From: an uncultured Spirochaetota bacterium
GTDB taxonomy: Bacteria > Spirochaetota > Spirochaetia > SZUA-6 > Fen-1364
NCBI GenBank assembly: GCA_963820525.1
Contig: CAWGAA010000001.1
Coordinates: 448,001 to 512,000, forward strand
Direction: 5' to 3'
DNA length: 64,000 nucleotides
Shown: positions 30,358-43,600 of the stretch, one piece after another
How the letters are laid out: every line of letters starts with the position of its first letter
Numbering within the stretch: position 1 is the stretch's first letter
The notes under the pieces: model-generated
The model's input: only the letters and a program-made list of their open reading frames with translations
Told to the model about the DNA's origin: nothing
Databases searched by the model: none
Program-made: the position numbers and the translations under genes

Positions 30358-32281
30358 GCTTTGCGTGGCTTATTCCCGCGCTTCCCTTCGCCGGGTTCTT
30401 CATCCTCATGGTGGGCTGGAAGATGCCGCGAAAAGCGGCCGCGTGCATCGGCGCGGGATCCGTAGGCCTCGCGATGGCTTTCGCCATCTGGGTGGCCGCC
30501 CTGTTCCTCGCCAATCCTCCCGCGGGCGGCTCCTCCACCTTCCTGCTGTGGCAGTGGGTCGCCGTCAGCGGCTTCTCGGCTCCCGTGGCGATCACCGTGG
30601 ATGCGCTCTCCGTGGTGATGCTCCTGGTGGTCACGGTGGTCGGCTTTCTGATCCACCTCTACTCGGTGGACCACATGGCGGGCGGAGAGGGATACTCGCG
30701 GTTCTTCGCCTACATGAATCTCTTTGTCGGATCCATGCTCACCCTCGTCCTGGCCGACAACCTCCTCCTCCTCTACCTCGGCTGGGAGGGAGTGGGGCTG
30801 TGCAGTTACCTGCTCATCGGATTCTGGTATGAAGACCCTGCCAACGGCAGGGCGGCGCGCAAGGCGTTCATCGTGACGCGGATCGGAGACGTGGCCCTGA
30901 TGATCGGGCTTTTCCTGATCGCTTTCAGCCTCGGAAGCCTCGGCCTGAAGGAGTCCTCGGCCAAGGCCCTTTCCTCGTGGGCGCCGGGCTCCGGCATCGC
31001 TGTGGCGGCGGCCGCCCTCATCCTGGGCGGGGCGGTGGGAAAGTCGGCGCAGCTTCCCCTCCAGACCTGGCTCCCCGACGCGATGGCCGGTCCATCTCCC
31101 GTGAGCGCCCTCATCCATGCGGCCACGATGGTCACGGCCGGAGTCTACCTCATTGCCAGAACCAACGTGTTCTTCTCACTGGCCCCCGCCGTCCAGCTCG
31201 CCGTTGGAATCGTCGGCGCCGCCACGCTGATCCTGGCGGGATCCAGCGCCGTGTCCCAGAGGGACATCAAGCGGGTGCTCGCCTACTCCACCATAAGCCA
31301 GCTCGGCTACATGTTCCTCGCCCTCGGCGTGGGTTCCTGGGCCGGCGCCATCTTCCACCTGGTGACGCACGCCCTCTTCAAGTCGCTTCTCTTCCTCTCC
31401 GCAGGGGTGGTGATCCTCGCCATGAACGAGGAGCATGACATCTTCGCCATGGGCGGGCTGGCCAGGAAGATGCCGTTCACGTTCTGGGTCTTCCTCATCG
31501 GCTGCTTCGGCCTCACTGCCCTGCCTCCGGTCACCTCCGGGTTCTCCAGCAAGGATCTCATTCTCGCGGCAGCGTGGTCCTCCGGAGGCGCGGGACGGAT
31601 CCTGTGGGCCGTAGCTCTTGCGGGAGTCTTCCTCACCTCGCTGTACACCTTCCGCATGGTGTTCATCGCGTTTTTCGGCCCGCCGCGGCCGCTTGCGGAA
31701 CATGGCGCGGAGGGAGGCTCACACGCCTCGCACGGCGGCCCCGGCCGGGGGTTCAGGGCCGGTCCCATCATGGGATTCCCACTCGCGGTCCTTGCCTTGT
31801 TGTGCGTGATTGGGGGATTGCTCAACCTCCCCGCCACACTGGGCGGGGCGCCATTCCTCTTCAATTTCCTGGACACGGTGCTCCCCCATCAGAGCCCGGC
31901 CGAGGGAGGCGCGCTTTCCGAGGGGATGCTCCAGCTCATCTCTCTTGTCGTCTCCCTGGCAGGCATCCCATTCGCCTACCTCATCTACAAGCGAAGCCTG
32001 CGGCCGGCGCCCGCGCATGAAGGGCGCCCCAGCCTCACCACGAGGTTTTTCGCCTCCGGATGGGGATTCGACTCGATCTACGATGTGCTGTTGGTGCGCC
32101 CCTTCACCTGGATCGCCGGAATCAATCGGGCGGATGTGATCAACGGGCTCTCTGAGGGGGTGGGGGCCGTCAGCATGTTCTTCTCGCGCCTGTTCCGCGT
32201 TTCACAGACCGGCAGGGTACGCTGGTACGCCGTGGGGCTTGCGGCCGGCGGCCTGCTCATCGTTGCTGCGGTGGTGATGCT

Positions 32282-32285
<4 letters not shown>
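30354..32285 (+). CDS. nuoL: NADH-quinone oxidoreductase subunit L
   Basis: [49 protein letters not shown] start overlapping nuoK. Confidence 0.95.
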
Positions 32286-33768
<1,483 letters not shown>

Positions 33769-33772
<4 letters not shown>

Positions 33773-35274
33773 GCCCTCAGGATTACCTCATTCTGCTGCC
33801 GCTCATGATCCTCGGCCTGACCTCGGTCCTCTCCTTGATGGTTTCCGCCTTCATCCGCAGGGCTGGCGCGGCGTTCGCAGTGGCAATAATCGGGATGGCG
33901 CTGTCTCTTGCTTCCCTGGCGTACGTCTGGCCGCTTGCCCCGCGAACAGTAAGCGGATTTCTCACCCTCGACAGGTTCTCGCTGTTCACCGTCGGGCTGA
34001 TCGTGGCCGCCTCGCTCGTCTCTGCCATCTCTGCGGTAGGAACGCTCGCCGGGCGCGAGGACGAGCGCGGAGAGTTCTTCTTCTTTCTGGTCCTGAGCGC
34101 CCTTGGCGGGGCCGTACTCGCTGCAAGCTCCAACTTCGCCGCGTTCTTTCTCGGCCTCGAGCTGTTGAGCGTCCCGCTCTTCACCCTTATTGCCTACCGG
34201 CGCGAGCATACCCCGGGAGCTGAAGCGGGCATCAAATACCTGATCCTTGCGGGAGTCTCCAGCGCGTTCCTCCTTTTCGGCATGGCGCTTTCCTATTCTG
34301 CGCTGGGCACCATGGATCTCTCCCAGGTGGCGCAGGGAGCCGCTTCCGGCTCCGGAGGTCTTCTCCTGCCGGCGGGCCTGGGTTTCATAGCCGTGGGCAT
34401 CGGGTTCAAGCTCGCCGTCGTTCCCTTCCACTTCTGGACTCCCGACGTCTATGACGGCGCTTCCTCACCCGTGGCGGGCTACATCGCGACCGCCTCCAAG
34501 GGAGCGATGGCAGTGCTGCTTGTGAGGCTCTTCGCTCCAACGGGAATAGTGGCTCTTGGAACATTCGGCTGGGTCTTTGCCGTGATCTCCGCAATCACGA
34601 TGTTTACCGGCAACTTCCTCGCCCTCAGGGAAGACAACGTGAAGCGAATCCTCGCCTATTCCTCCATCGCCCATCTCGGCTACCTTCTCATAGCGTTCGT
34701 GGCAAGCGGCTCGCGGGCCATTACTGCCACCGCCTTTTTCCTTGCAGCGTACTTCGCCTCCACCCTTGGAGCGTTCTCTTCCATCTCCGCCATCTCTTCC
34801 CGCCAGAGGGAAGCAGACCGCATCCAGGACTACAGGGGGCTGGCTTCCCGACGGCCGTGGCTTGCAGGATGCTTTACTGCCTCTCTTCTCTCCCTCGCGG
34901 GCCTTCCGCTCACGGCGGGTTTCATGGGCAAGTTCATCCTCTTTTCGGCCGGCGAGGCCTCCTACCTGTGGATCCTCGTAGTTCTCCTCGCCGTGAACAG
35001 CACGATTTCACTTTTTTACTACCTCAGGGTCGTTTCCATGATGTATCGCACAGCCGAGGAGCCCGAGGAGGCGCATGCGGAAGGCGCTCCGGCGGGAAGG
35101 GGGGTGGCGGGCCCCGGCGGGGCGGTCGTCGCTGCCGTGGGTTCGCGCGGCGGTGCTCTTTCCGTGCCGTTTTTTACGGGCCTTGCCCTGGCTCTCATGA
35201 CCCTGGCGATCGTTGTCCTGGGTGTCTACCCGACCCCGCTCCTTCAGCTCATCGAGCTTCTGACATCGGGCTGA
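33769..35274 (+). CDS. nuoN: NADH-quinone oxidoreductase subunit N
   Basis: EAGIKY, FKLAVVPFHFWTPDVYDG, KRILAYSSIAH. Confidence 0.95.
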
Positions 35275-35279
35275 AGCGG

Positions 35280-37043
35280 CTACAGCGGCCGATCCACGAG
35301 CCTGTAGAGCTCATCCCGCGATACCACGTGCCAGATCGGCCTTCCGTGAGGGCAGCGGGGAACTTCAAGCTCAAGGGCCACGCGCAGAAGCTCGGCGGCC
35401 GCAAGCGGGTCCACCGGGTCTCCCTCTTTCACTGCAAGCCTGCACGCCGCGCGCGCAACAAGATCCCGCCTCCACTCTTCACCGGACGCGATGGAGCCCT
35501 TCACAATCTCGATGAGGCCCGCTTCGGGCAGCGTGGCGAAGTCTGCGCTGAGCGCATCGATCTGGTATGAGCGGATTCCGCTGCGGCGGAGAACCATGCC
35601 CAGGGCGCGAAGATCGTCGAGCCTTTTTGAAAGCTCTGCATCCTCGTCCGCGGATACGTCGAAGCACAACGGAATAAGAAGCTCCTGGATCTTCGCAGTC
35701 GCTGCGTTCAACCGTTGGAAAATGATCTTCTCATGAGCGGCATGCTGATCGAGGAGGATGAGCTTCTCTTCCACCTCGAAAGCCAAAAACACTCCGAACA
35801 CCTGACCGAGAAACCGAGCAGGCACGCCGGCGGGCCTCTCAGCCGCTCCCGCTTGCGGAGGAGAATCAGGGAGGAACCCATCGGGCAGCGCGCGGGAGCC
35901 CGGCCGCAGTGGAAGGTCGAGCGGCCTCTCGCCCCGGTAAATAGGCGCGGCGCCTGAAGCCGGCCGAGAAGGCGCCTGCCCGCCCCCGACTGCGCGCGAT
36001 CTGGTTCCCAGGAACTCGCGGGTGGCGCTTACCACCGCCGCGTGCACGTCAGGGAGATTCCTGAACCGCGCCTCCTTCTTTGCCGGATGAATGTTGAAAT
36101 CGACAAGCGAGGGATCGATCACGATGAAGACAAAGGCCATGGGGTGCCACCCTCCGGGAATAAAGCCGGCAAACCCATACTCCGCCGCCTGCATGAGCGA
36201 GTACTCCGGAATCCGACGGCGATTGACGAATACTTGAAGAAGCTTCCTGTCGCGCTTTCGAAGCGACGGGTCGGCAGCCACGACCTGAACGGAGAACCCA
36301 GTTCCTCTGGACTGCCCAATGCCCAGGAGCCTCTCATCGATCGATTCTCCGTACGCCGAGGATATCCTCTTGGGCGCCGGTGTGGCAGGAAGAAAAAGCT
36401 TCAAAGCGCCGTCCGTGAAAAGGCGAAAAGCGACTCCGGGATGGGCAATGGCCCTATCCACGAAGATGGATCTGCAGAGGCTCGACTCCGCCGAAGGGCT
36501 CTTGAGGAATTTCTTGCGCGCCGGAAAATCGAAAAAAAGCTCCGATACCTCGGCCGCGGTCCCCTCCCTCCCCTGGCAGCTCTCTATGCCCAGGAGCTTT
36601 CCTCCCCGGACCACCAGGCGATTCGCTGGGGACAGCCTTTCCGCGCCGGCACCAGAGGCGGGTTTTGCGTTCAAGCGCGCGGCGCTCACGATCTCCAGGC
36701 GACCGGCCACAGCCATGCTGGAGAGGGCTTCACCTCGGAATCCCAGGCTGGTCACGGTGAGAAGATCGTTTTCCGTCTCGATCTTGGAGGTGGCGTGTGG
36801 CTGCCAGCACAGCTCCAGATCTTCGCGGTCCATGCCGGCCCCATCGTCCACCACGCGAACCCGTGAGACGCCTCCCGCCTCGATGTACACATCTATGGAG
36901 GAAGCGCCCGCGTCGATGCTGTTGTCGAGCAGCTCACGCACAATGGAAAAGGGCCGATCGATCACCTCGCCGGCCGCGATCTTTCGGGAAACCTCGTCCC
37001 GGAGGATTGCGATCCTCCGGGACCGGGAAGCGTCGTCGGGCAT
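35280..37043 (-). CDS. mutL: DNA mismatch repair endonuclease MutL
   Basis: IAAGEVI.RP, GFRGEAL, DQHAAHE, ACR, CPHGRP. Confidence 0.95.
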   Translation of the reverse strand: MPDDASRSRRIAILRDEVSRKIAAGEVIDRPFSIVRELLDNSIDAGASSIDVYIEAGGVSRVRVVDDGAGMDREDLELCWQPHATSKIETENDLLTVTSLGFRGEALSSMAVAGRLEIVSAARLNAKPASGAGAERLSPANRLVVRGGKLLGIESCQGREGTAAEVSELFFDFPARKKFLKSPSAESSLCRSIFVDRAIAHPGVAFRLFTDGALKLFLPATPAPKRISSAYGESIDERLLGIGQSRGTGFSVQVVAADPSLRKRDRKLLQVFVNRRRIPEYSLMQAAEYGFAGFIPGGWHPMAFVFIVIDPSLVDFNIHPAKKEARFRNLPDVHAAVVSATREFLGTRSRAVGGGQAPSRPASGAAPIYRGERPLDLPLRPGSRALPDGFLPDSPPQAGAAERPAGVPARFLGQVFGVFLAFEVEEKLILLDQHAAHEKIIFQRLNAATAKIQELLIPLCFDVSADEDAELSKRLDDLRALGMVLRRSGIRSYQIDALSADFATLPEAGLIEIVKGSIASGEEWRRDLVARAACRLAVKEGDPVDPLAAAELLRVALELEVPRCPHGRPIWHVVSRDELYRLVDRPL

Positions 37044-37054
37044 CTCGGCTCGAC

Positions 37055-39202
37055 CTAGAAGTGGATGCTCGTCTGGATAGCCAGGGACGTGTCCATCTCG
37101 GGCAGTATCGTTTTCGAACCCTCGTTATAGACGATATTTCCGTTTGCATCCCTATGCGCCGTTGCGGAGTAGAGAAGGATAATGTCGAGATTCGGCGTGG
37201 CCGAATAGGCGATCTGCGCGCTCACAACGGTGTTTGCATCGAAGAGGGAAAGCCCTTCGGCACCCTGGCTCTGAAGGATCGTGGAGACGAACCTGTTCCT
37301 TTCATAAGACACGGAGCCCGAGAGGTTGACGACGGGGATTACGCCCTTTTCCAGCGTGAACGTGGCTATGAGGTGGTCGTTTGGATCCGCCACGATCGCC
37401 CCCGTCGAGTCGTACGCCCACGGCCAGTAATAGCCGATCTTGAGCCTCAAGATCTTCTCCAGGGTGAATCCGCCTTCCCCGTAGATGCCCATCTCGACCC
37501 TGTCGAACGCGGGGTCTGAAGGGTTCTGGAGATAACTCATGACCTCTGCGGTGTACAAGAGGCGGTTGGTTCGCGTGTAGACGGTGTCGTAATAAGCAGG
37601 ATGGGAGATTCCCGTGAAATATCGGTATTCCAATCGATAGTCAACCATTACGATGTTGCCCAGGACTCCCGCCGCGACGCCGTAGTTCTTCAGCCCTGAA
37701 TCCCAAAGGGTGTTCCACTGATAGCCGGTCTGGATCGTCGAAAACCAAGGCGGCGCCTGAACAAACGGTACCATACCCGTCATGTCGGCGAAGGCAATGA
37801 GCGAGAGGGCGTCGGACTCGATGAACGGCACGTCGATGTCCAATCCCGGGTTGAAGATCATCATCTTTCCCATCACGTACTCGGCAGGCACGGGGAAACC
37901 CATGATGGGGAGGGTACTGTCCCCCGCGGGATTGAGGTCCGCGAGCAGGGACACGCCCAGCGCGGCGCGGAAGCCGGGGATGGGCCGCGCAAAGAGCCTT
38001 CCGCCGACGATCTGCGGTAGCGCGGCGTCGTCCATCATGGCCTCCATGCCGAAGCCGCCGAGGTCCAGGCCGAGATTGAGTCCGACGCGCCTGACGGCGG
38101 GGAAGTCGGCGTCATTTGCGTAGTCCCTCATGATCACGCCATGGCCGATTGTGATGTCATCAAGGTTGCCCGCTTTGAAGTAGAAGGGGTCCCTCTGCTT
38201 GCCGTATTCGATGTACTTGATCTTGAGAACGAGGTCGTTGAAGGCGTCCAGGGGATCCCAGGCGGAGGCGGAAACGCCGAAGTTCCACTCATCGTTGCCC
38301 GCCGGCCTGTAGTAGTCTCCGGGATCGAACATGTTGTCGGTGTAGATGATGGGGAGGTAGAGACCGAGCTTCAGGTCTCCGATGGAGAATTGCGGGGAAA
38401 TCACGACCTTTGCGTAGGTGTTGCCGCTGATCGTGATCGAACCGATCTCCATGCCGAGGATGTTGCGAAGCCATCCCATGACGCCGTCAAGCGGTCCTCC
38501 TTGGCCCGGTCCGGCCGCCTGCGAGCCGGGGCCGTGTCCCGGAACATCCTGGGGGCTCAGCTTCTCGAAATCCAGGTCCTTGTGGATCTCCTGAAGGAAA
38601 TCAGCAGGGATCTGGACGGGCTTGAACTCCGGAGCCATCGCATCCGCCATCATACCCTTGGAGATTTCCACGGTCTCTCCCGTGGCCGTCTTGGTGAATT
38701 CGATTTCACCATCAAGGACGAAGGCGGTCTCTTTGTCGGTTTCCACGTCGAAGCCGAAGTCAGTGCCGCGAACGCCGCACACGGCCGAGGGCCCCTGCAC
38801 ATTGTACTTTTCCTGGCCCGTGGCCTTTCCGGCAACGGCCCTGATCTTGCCTATGGCGACGGAGAACGTGTTTATTTCGCCCGCGGCGCTCTGGAGGCTG
38901 TCCACCTTGAAGTTCGTCACCTGGGAGACCTTGATGATGGTGCCGTTGGGGTCCAGCTTCAGCTCGACCACGTCGCCCTTGTCCGTGACAACGGTCCAGC
39001 CCGGAAGGAGGCGGGTGCCAATGTCGAACTGCACGGCGTTCTTTCCCTGGTCATAGATGGCGAGATTGCCGCTGGCATTATCGATGTATTCGATGACAAC
39101 GGAAGGAGCCGAACCCTGGGGCTTCTGGGCTTGCGCAAATGCCGCGCACGATATCAGGAGGAGAACCCCTGCTATGACGATGCCTGGTTTTCTCGTATTC
39201 AT
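37055..39202 (-). CDS. FecR-domain protein fused to a predicted outer-membrane beta-barrel
   Basis: Signal peptide, FecR motif GPSAVCGVRGTDF...VLDGEI, amphipathic-strand C-terminal region ending in F (QTSIHF). Confidence 0.7.
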   Translation of the reverse strand: MNTRKPGIVIAGVLLLISCAAFAQAQKPQGSAPSVVIEYIDNASGNLAIYDQGKNAVQFDIGTRLLPGWTVVTDKGDVVELKLDPNGTIIKVSQVTNFKVDSLQSAAGEINTFSVAIGKIRAVAGKATGQEKYNVQGPSAVCGVRGTDFGFDVETDKETAFVLDGEIEFTKTATGETVEISKGMMADAMAPEFKPVQIPADFLQEIHKDLDFEKLSPQDVPGHGPGSQAAGPGQGGPLDGVMGWLRNILGMEIGSITISGNTYAKVVISPQFSIGDLKLGLYLPIIYTDNMFDPGDYYRPAGNDEWNFGVSASAWDPLDAFNDLVLKIKYIEYGKQRDPFYFKAGNLDDITIGHGVIMRDYANDADFPAVRRVGLNLGLDLGGFGMEAMMDDAALPQIVGGRLFARPIPGFRAALGVSLLADLNPAGDSTLPIMGFPVPAEYVMGKMMIFNPGLDIDVPFIESDALSLIAFADMTGMVPFVQAPPWFSTIQTGYQWNTLWDSGLKNYGVAAGVLGNIVMVDYRLEYRYFTGISHPAYYDTVYTRTNRLLYTAEVMSYLQNPSDPAFDRVEMGIYGEGGFTLEKILRLKIGYYWPWAYDSTGAIVADPNDHLIATFTLEKGVIPVVNLSGSVSYERNRFVSTILQSQGAEGLSLFDANTVVSAQIAYSATPNLDIILLYSATAHRDANGNIVYNEGSKTILPEMDTSLAIQTSIHF

Positions 39203-39220
39203 GTGCGCACCTCCCCTGGG

Positions 39221-40571
39221 CTAAAACAGCTTGATGGAGCTCTGGAGGCCGGAGGTTACTATCCAGTCCGGCGACTGCCCCGGAGCATAACGAATCATGT
39301 AGATGAACGATATGACGGCAGGCCCTGTCATGTAGTTGAGCTTGGCCTGGATGGAAGCATTCAGGGGGCTGATAAGCTCGGCCCAGCTCGTTATGCCCTC
39401 CTTGTCATAGCTGCAATCCACCGAGATGCCGGGGATGACGCCCTCCGCAACCGTGAGGATGCCGCGCAGGTGCGGGTAGTTCAGGACGTACTGGGGATCT
39501 CCAGGAGAGGCATCGGGATACGGCACCCCGAAGGGACCATCGAGGACTACGGTGAAGAGGAACTTGTCCTGCAGGAAGGAGGTGCCAAGGCTTGCCAGCC
39601 ATCCGTAGGAGACCGCGGTGGCGAGCCCGGCCTGCACGGTGTCGAAGCGGCTGGACCGGAAAAGGTCATAGGTCGCATCGAAGTAGGAAGGGATGAAGTT
39701 CGGGCCGAGGATCCTGAATTGAGCGCCGTAGGAGAGAAAGCCGATCAGCCGTCCGCCGAGCCCGATGGCACCGCCCATGCTCTTCCCCTGGATGGAAGCC
39801 AGATCCGCGAAGGTGGCGAGCGAGAACACGGGCATGGAGACGATTGGCAGGCGGAGGTCGCCGCCGAAGACCATGATGGGGGCGGCGGCATACGCCGTCG
39901 GGTTGTACAGGTCGGGCAGTGTATCGGCGACAATGGTCCCGCCGAACTCGAGGTCCTTGATGACGGGCGCATCCAATGCCGCCAGGGGCCTCACGTACAA
40001 CCTGCCGCCCACAACGTCGAAGAACGCGAGGTTTCCCACCACGGTCTCGATCCCCACGAAGGGAAAATCGAACAGGGCCCCGTCGAGGTCGAATGAAAGC
40101 CCGAATATCCTCTTGCCCGGCATGAAGAGGGTATTGTCGTAATCCGCCATGATGAAGCCATTGCCCAGGGTGCCGTCCCTGAGTGAGCCCGCCTTTATGA
40201 ATAGCGGATCACCCTTCAAGCCCCAGCGGATGTATGCGATCTTGGAGAGATAGATCGAAAGAAAGTCGCTGAAATCTGCGGGAATCCAGTCGTCTTGCCG
40301 AACGACGATCTGGCTTCCCGAGGTGAAGCGGTAGTTCAGCGTGATATCGAGCCCTATCCCGAATTGCCCGATGCCAATGTCCGGGAAAAGCGTCAGGGAC
40401 TGGTAGGTGACGGGCATCTCCCGGGTCATTGAAGGTGTTCACTCCGATGCCAAGCGCCAGGCCGAAAGCGAGGGGATTGCCCGCCTCCCCCTGTTCCTGC
40501 GAGAAGACCAGCGCCGCCGAGAGACCTGCCAGGAGAAGGATGAGGAAGAGTCGCCGCAGAACAGCCGCCAT
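39221..40571 (-). pseudogene. Predicted beta-barrel protein (paralog of the 37055-39202 barrel), frameshifted near 40420
   Basis: RBS AAGGAGG + ATG 40571 and signal peptide lie in one frame; the body (PVTYQ...SSIKLF) lies in another; may be a sequencing error. Confidence 0.7.
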
Positions 40572-40596
40572 TGCCGCCTCCTTGCAACCTCTTTGA

Positions 40597-40625
40597 ATTA
40601 TAAACCCCATGAAGTGATAAAACAA
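40597..40625 (-). promoter_or_regulatory. Sigma70-type promoter for the barrel gene pair
   Basis: Minus-strand TTGTTT-17 nt-TATAAT upstream of the RBS/ATG 40571. Confidence 0.55.
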
Positions 40626-40633
40626 TTACGGGG

Positions 40634-43600
40634 TCAGAACTTCAGTTTTGCCGTCAACGAAAGTTCAAATGCAATCCGATATGCCGAAAGTCCCGCTGAA
40701 AGGACACTCCTGATCAAATCCGATTCCCGCTTTTCCATCGATAGACCCGTTTTTTGGGAAAACGAGGGAGGTGGTGTGCTCGAGGAGCACGGTGAAGGGA
40801 TGGAATGCCTCGGGGCTCGCGTATCGAAACGTGAGCTCGGCAGATTCCTTGTGGGAGAGAAAGCCCGAATGCCCGATATCAGGGGGGATCAAGGGGATGG
40901 CAAGCCCTCCGGCCGGATGCATGCTCCACTGAAACGCGAGCTCGGTTGCGTCGGTCAGGCTCACGGAGCCGGCGAGGATATCCAGCACTTCCCATTTGAA
41001 GGAATGGGTGAGCGTGAACTCCTCTTCAGCGAAACCCTCGATGCTGGCGTAGAGGTCCGCGGTCGTTTCTGTCCACCGGAAGGCCTGGCCCGGCATGGCG
41101 GTAAGTGAAGCCCCGAATGAGAGGCCGTACTCGTCCGTTCTCGCGAAAGGCATCAGGGGATTGGACCCGAGCTGGCCGAAAAGGTTGAGGGCGCGTGAGG
41201 AGATTTTCGGGAGGATGAAGATCTGGGTGGAAGAAAGCACCCCATCCTTCTTGAGGTCCTGGCCAAGGGTGAGGTCGACCGACGAGGGCAAAAGCAGGTC
41301 ATAGAGATGAGAGCCGAAGCTGCGCTGCACGCTGAAGGTGGCCCGCGGGCTGTAGGTTGCCAGCGACGCTTCCGCCCACAGGGGGAGGATGGCCGAGGAA
41401 TTGTCCTGAAACAGCTCCGCGAAAGGCACCGCGCCCAGCAGATAGCTTTGAAGCCCGATAAGGCTCCCGTAGGTTTGGGCTTCGGAGATGAACCTCTCCC
41501 CCGCCTCGGGGCTGGTGAGCAGGGTGACGAGCCTCTGGTAGCCGAGGCTGATGCTGAGGTCATTGGAAGGTGAGCTTCCGAAGTGAAGCAGGAGTGCAAG
41601 GGAGAGATCGAGGTCGTTTTCCTGGTTCCGAGCCGATGCGGTGAAATCCGCGCTTTTCACGAGCGCTTGCGTGGAGGCATGGATCCCGATGGGGCTAGGC
41701 TGGATGTCGAAGGAGATATCGAGCTTCTCCCGCCTGGCCACATCCTGGCCGCCGGTCCACGGAAGGACCAGCCCCATCTCCCTGACCCACCTCTGGCCAT
41801 ACCAGAGGGAAGGAAGCGGATACCCGGAGACGGCCTGAAATACCTCGATCTCGGAAGCCAGAGCGACGTTTGGGATGGGGGCGAGGGTGAGCTTGCCGTC
41901 CCACCGCTGGCTCAGGAGGCTCTCTGTCCCATCGGATTCGGTGTCGAGCAGAAGGCCCACGCCTCCCAGGGGCTTGATCTCCAGCAGGTTCTCCCTGGTA
42001 AACTCCCCCAGCCATGTGAGTGAGAAAGCGTCCGTGAGGGCGACGGGGAAGCTCACCGAAGGGACAGTGACCCGATGCCCGCCGGAAGCCGTGAAGGTGC
42101 CTGCGAACTCGCGCAGAAGCAGATCCACCGTGATGCTCGAGAACAGGGCGTCCACCCCGAGCTCGGTCTTCGAATAGATGTCTTCGTTCTGGGAGGGAAT
42201 CCCATACAGCGTGGAAAAGCCGGGCGAGATGAGGGAGAGCTTCTGATGCACGGCGAAGTTTCCCAGAAGGGGGACGCCGCCCGCCTGGATGATGACATCG
42301 GGATGCTTGTACGAGACCTCGGCGTCCAGGGCGGCCCCCACGGAGCCTTCCGGGTCCTGGCATTGGACCTCATCGATGTAGATGGCGCCGCTGGCGGTAC
42401 CCGAAACCGTCACTTGGAGCTGCGCGATGCTGCCATACCCGGCGTCGAACCGGGGAGGCGATGCGCCCGTGTCGTTGCCGTCAATTCGCACTTTCCCATC
42501 GCGCTTGGACGCTTTCATCTCGTGCCAGGGCCCGACGGAGATGGCGGAGGAATCCACGTCCCAGGAGATCCCGCGCCCGCTCGTATCTTTCAGGGAGAAG
42601 CTTATTGTGGGGGATCCGGCAAGAGCGGCAGGGATTCGAATGTACAGGGCAATGGTATCGTACTGGATTCCTCCCGTGCCCTGGGTCGCGCTCGCATAAG
42701 CCGTGATAACAAGGGGATTGGTAAGGGGAGTGTAAGACCCCCCCAGGACTGACCCCCACAGAGCTTCCAACACTTCCTGCGGTTCTCCGTTGGGGTGGAA
42801 CATTGTTTTCACTGTCGGGAAGACGTCCGCAAGCCTCTGGCCGGAACCGGGATCGTAAGCAGCCAGGGGCTCGGCGATCTCCTTCACGGAGACGCTTCCT
42901 GGCACAGTGCCAGGCGGGGTCTCCGCCCCATGCTCGGCCGCGCCTTCGAAGGAGATATTATCGATCAGGACCTGCCCCGTCACGCCGGTGGCGCCCGTCG
43001 CCACAATGAGCAGCCGCAGCTGCCGCGTATTGGTGAGCTTCGCTCGCATTGTCCCATCCAGGGGAATCGTCACCTTCTGCCATCCGGAATCGGCTCCCGA
43101 GGAAAAGCCGAGACTCGAGTTTGTGATGGTAAGCACGCGGGAGGCATCCTCCGAGTCGAGGATTCCATTGCCGTCGCGGTCTTCAGAATCGAGCCTGCCG
43201 TTGCCCTGGCCCTTGGGCCCGCCGCCCACCTTGAGGGTCACCCCATGGGCCTGGTCGTAGAAGGGGAAACCGGGGTCCGTGGGCGACGATTCGGCCTGGA
43301 GGATTCCATCGCCGTCGATGTCCTCGGTGATATTCCCCGCCTGCAGATACACCTGGAAATTGCCGCTGACGTCGAGCGTCCGGAGCTCGATTGTGATTGC
43401 CTGCGCCGTGGACAGATCGGCGCCGGTTCCCGCGGCCGGCAGGAGCTGGGCCCCGACCCAGCCGCCGCTGGGCACGTCGAAATCGAACACAAGGCTCGCC
43501 CCGGAGTTGGAGTCAGCCGCACTGCCCAGCACGTTGTAGGGCCCCATCCTGCCGCCGTCCGCATAGGGAACCGATATGGCGCTCGGCCACGTTATGGTAT

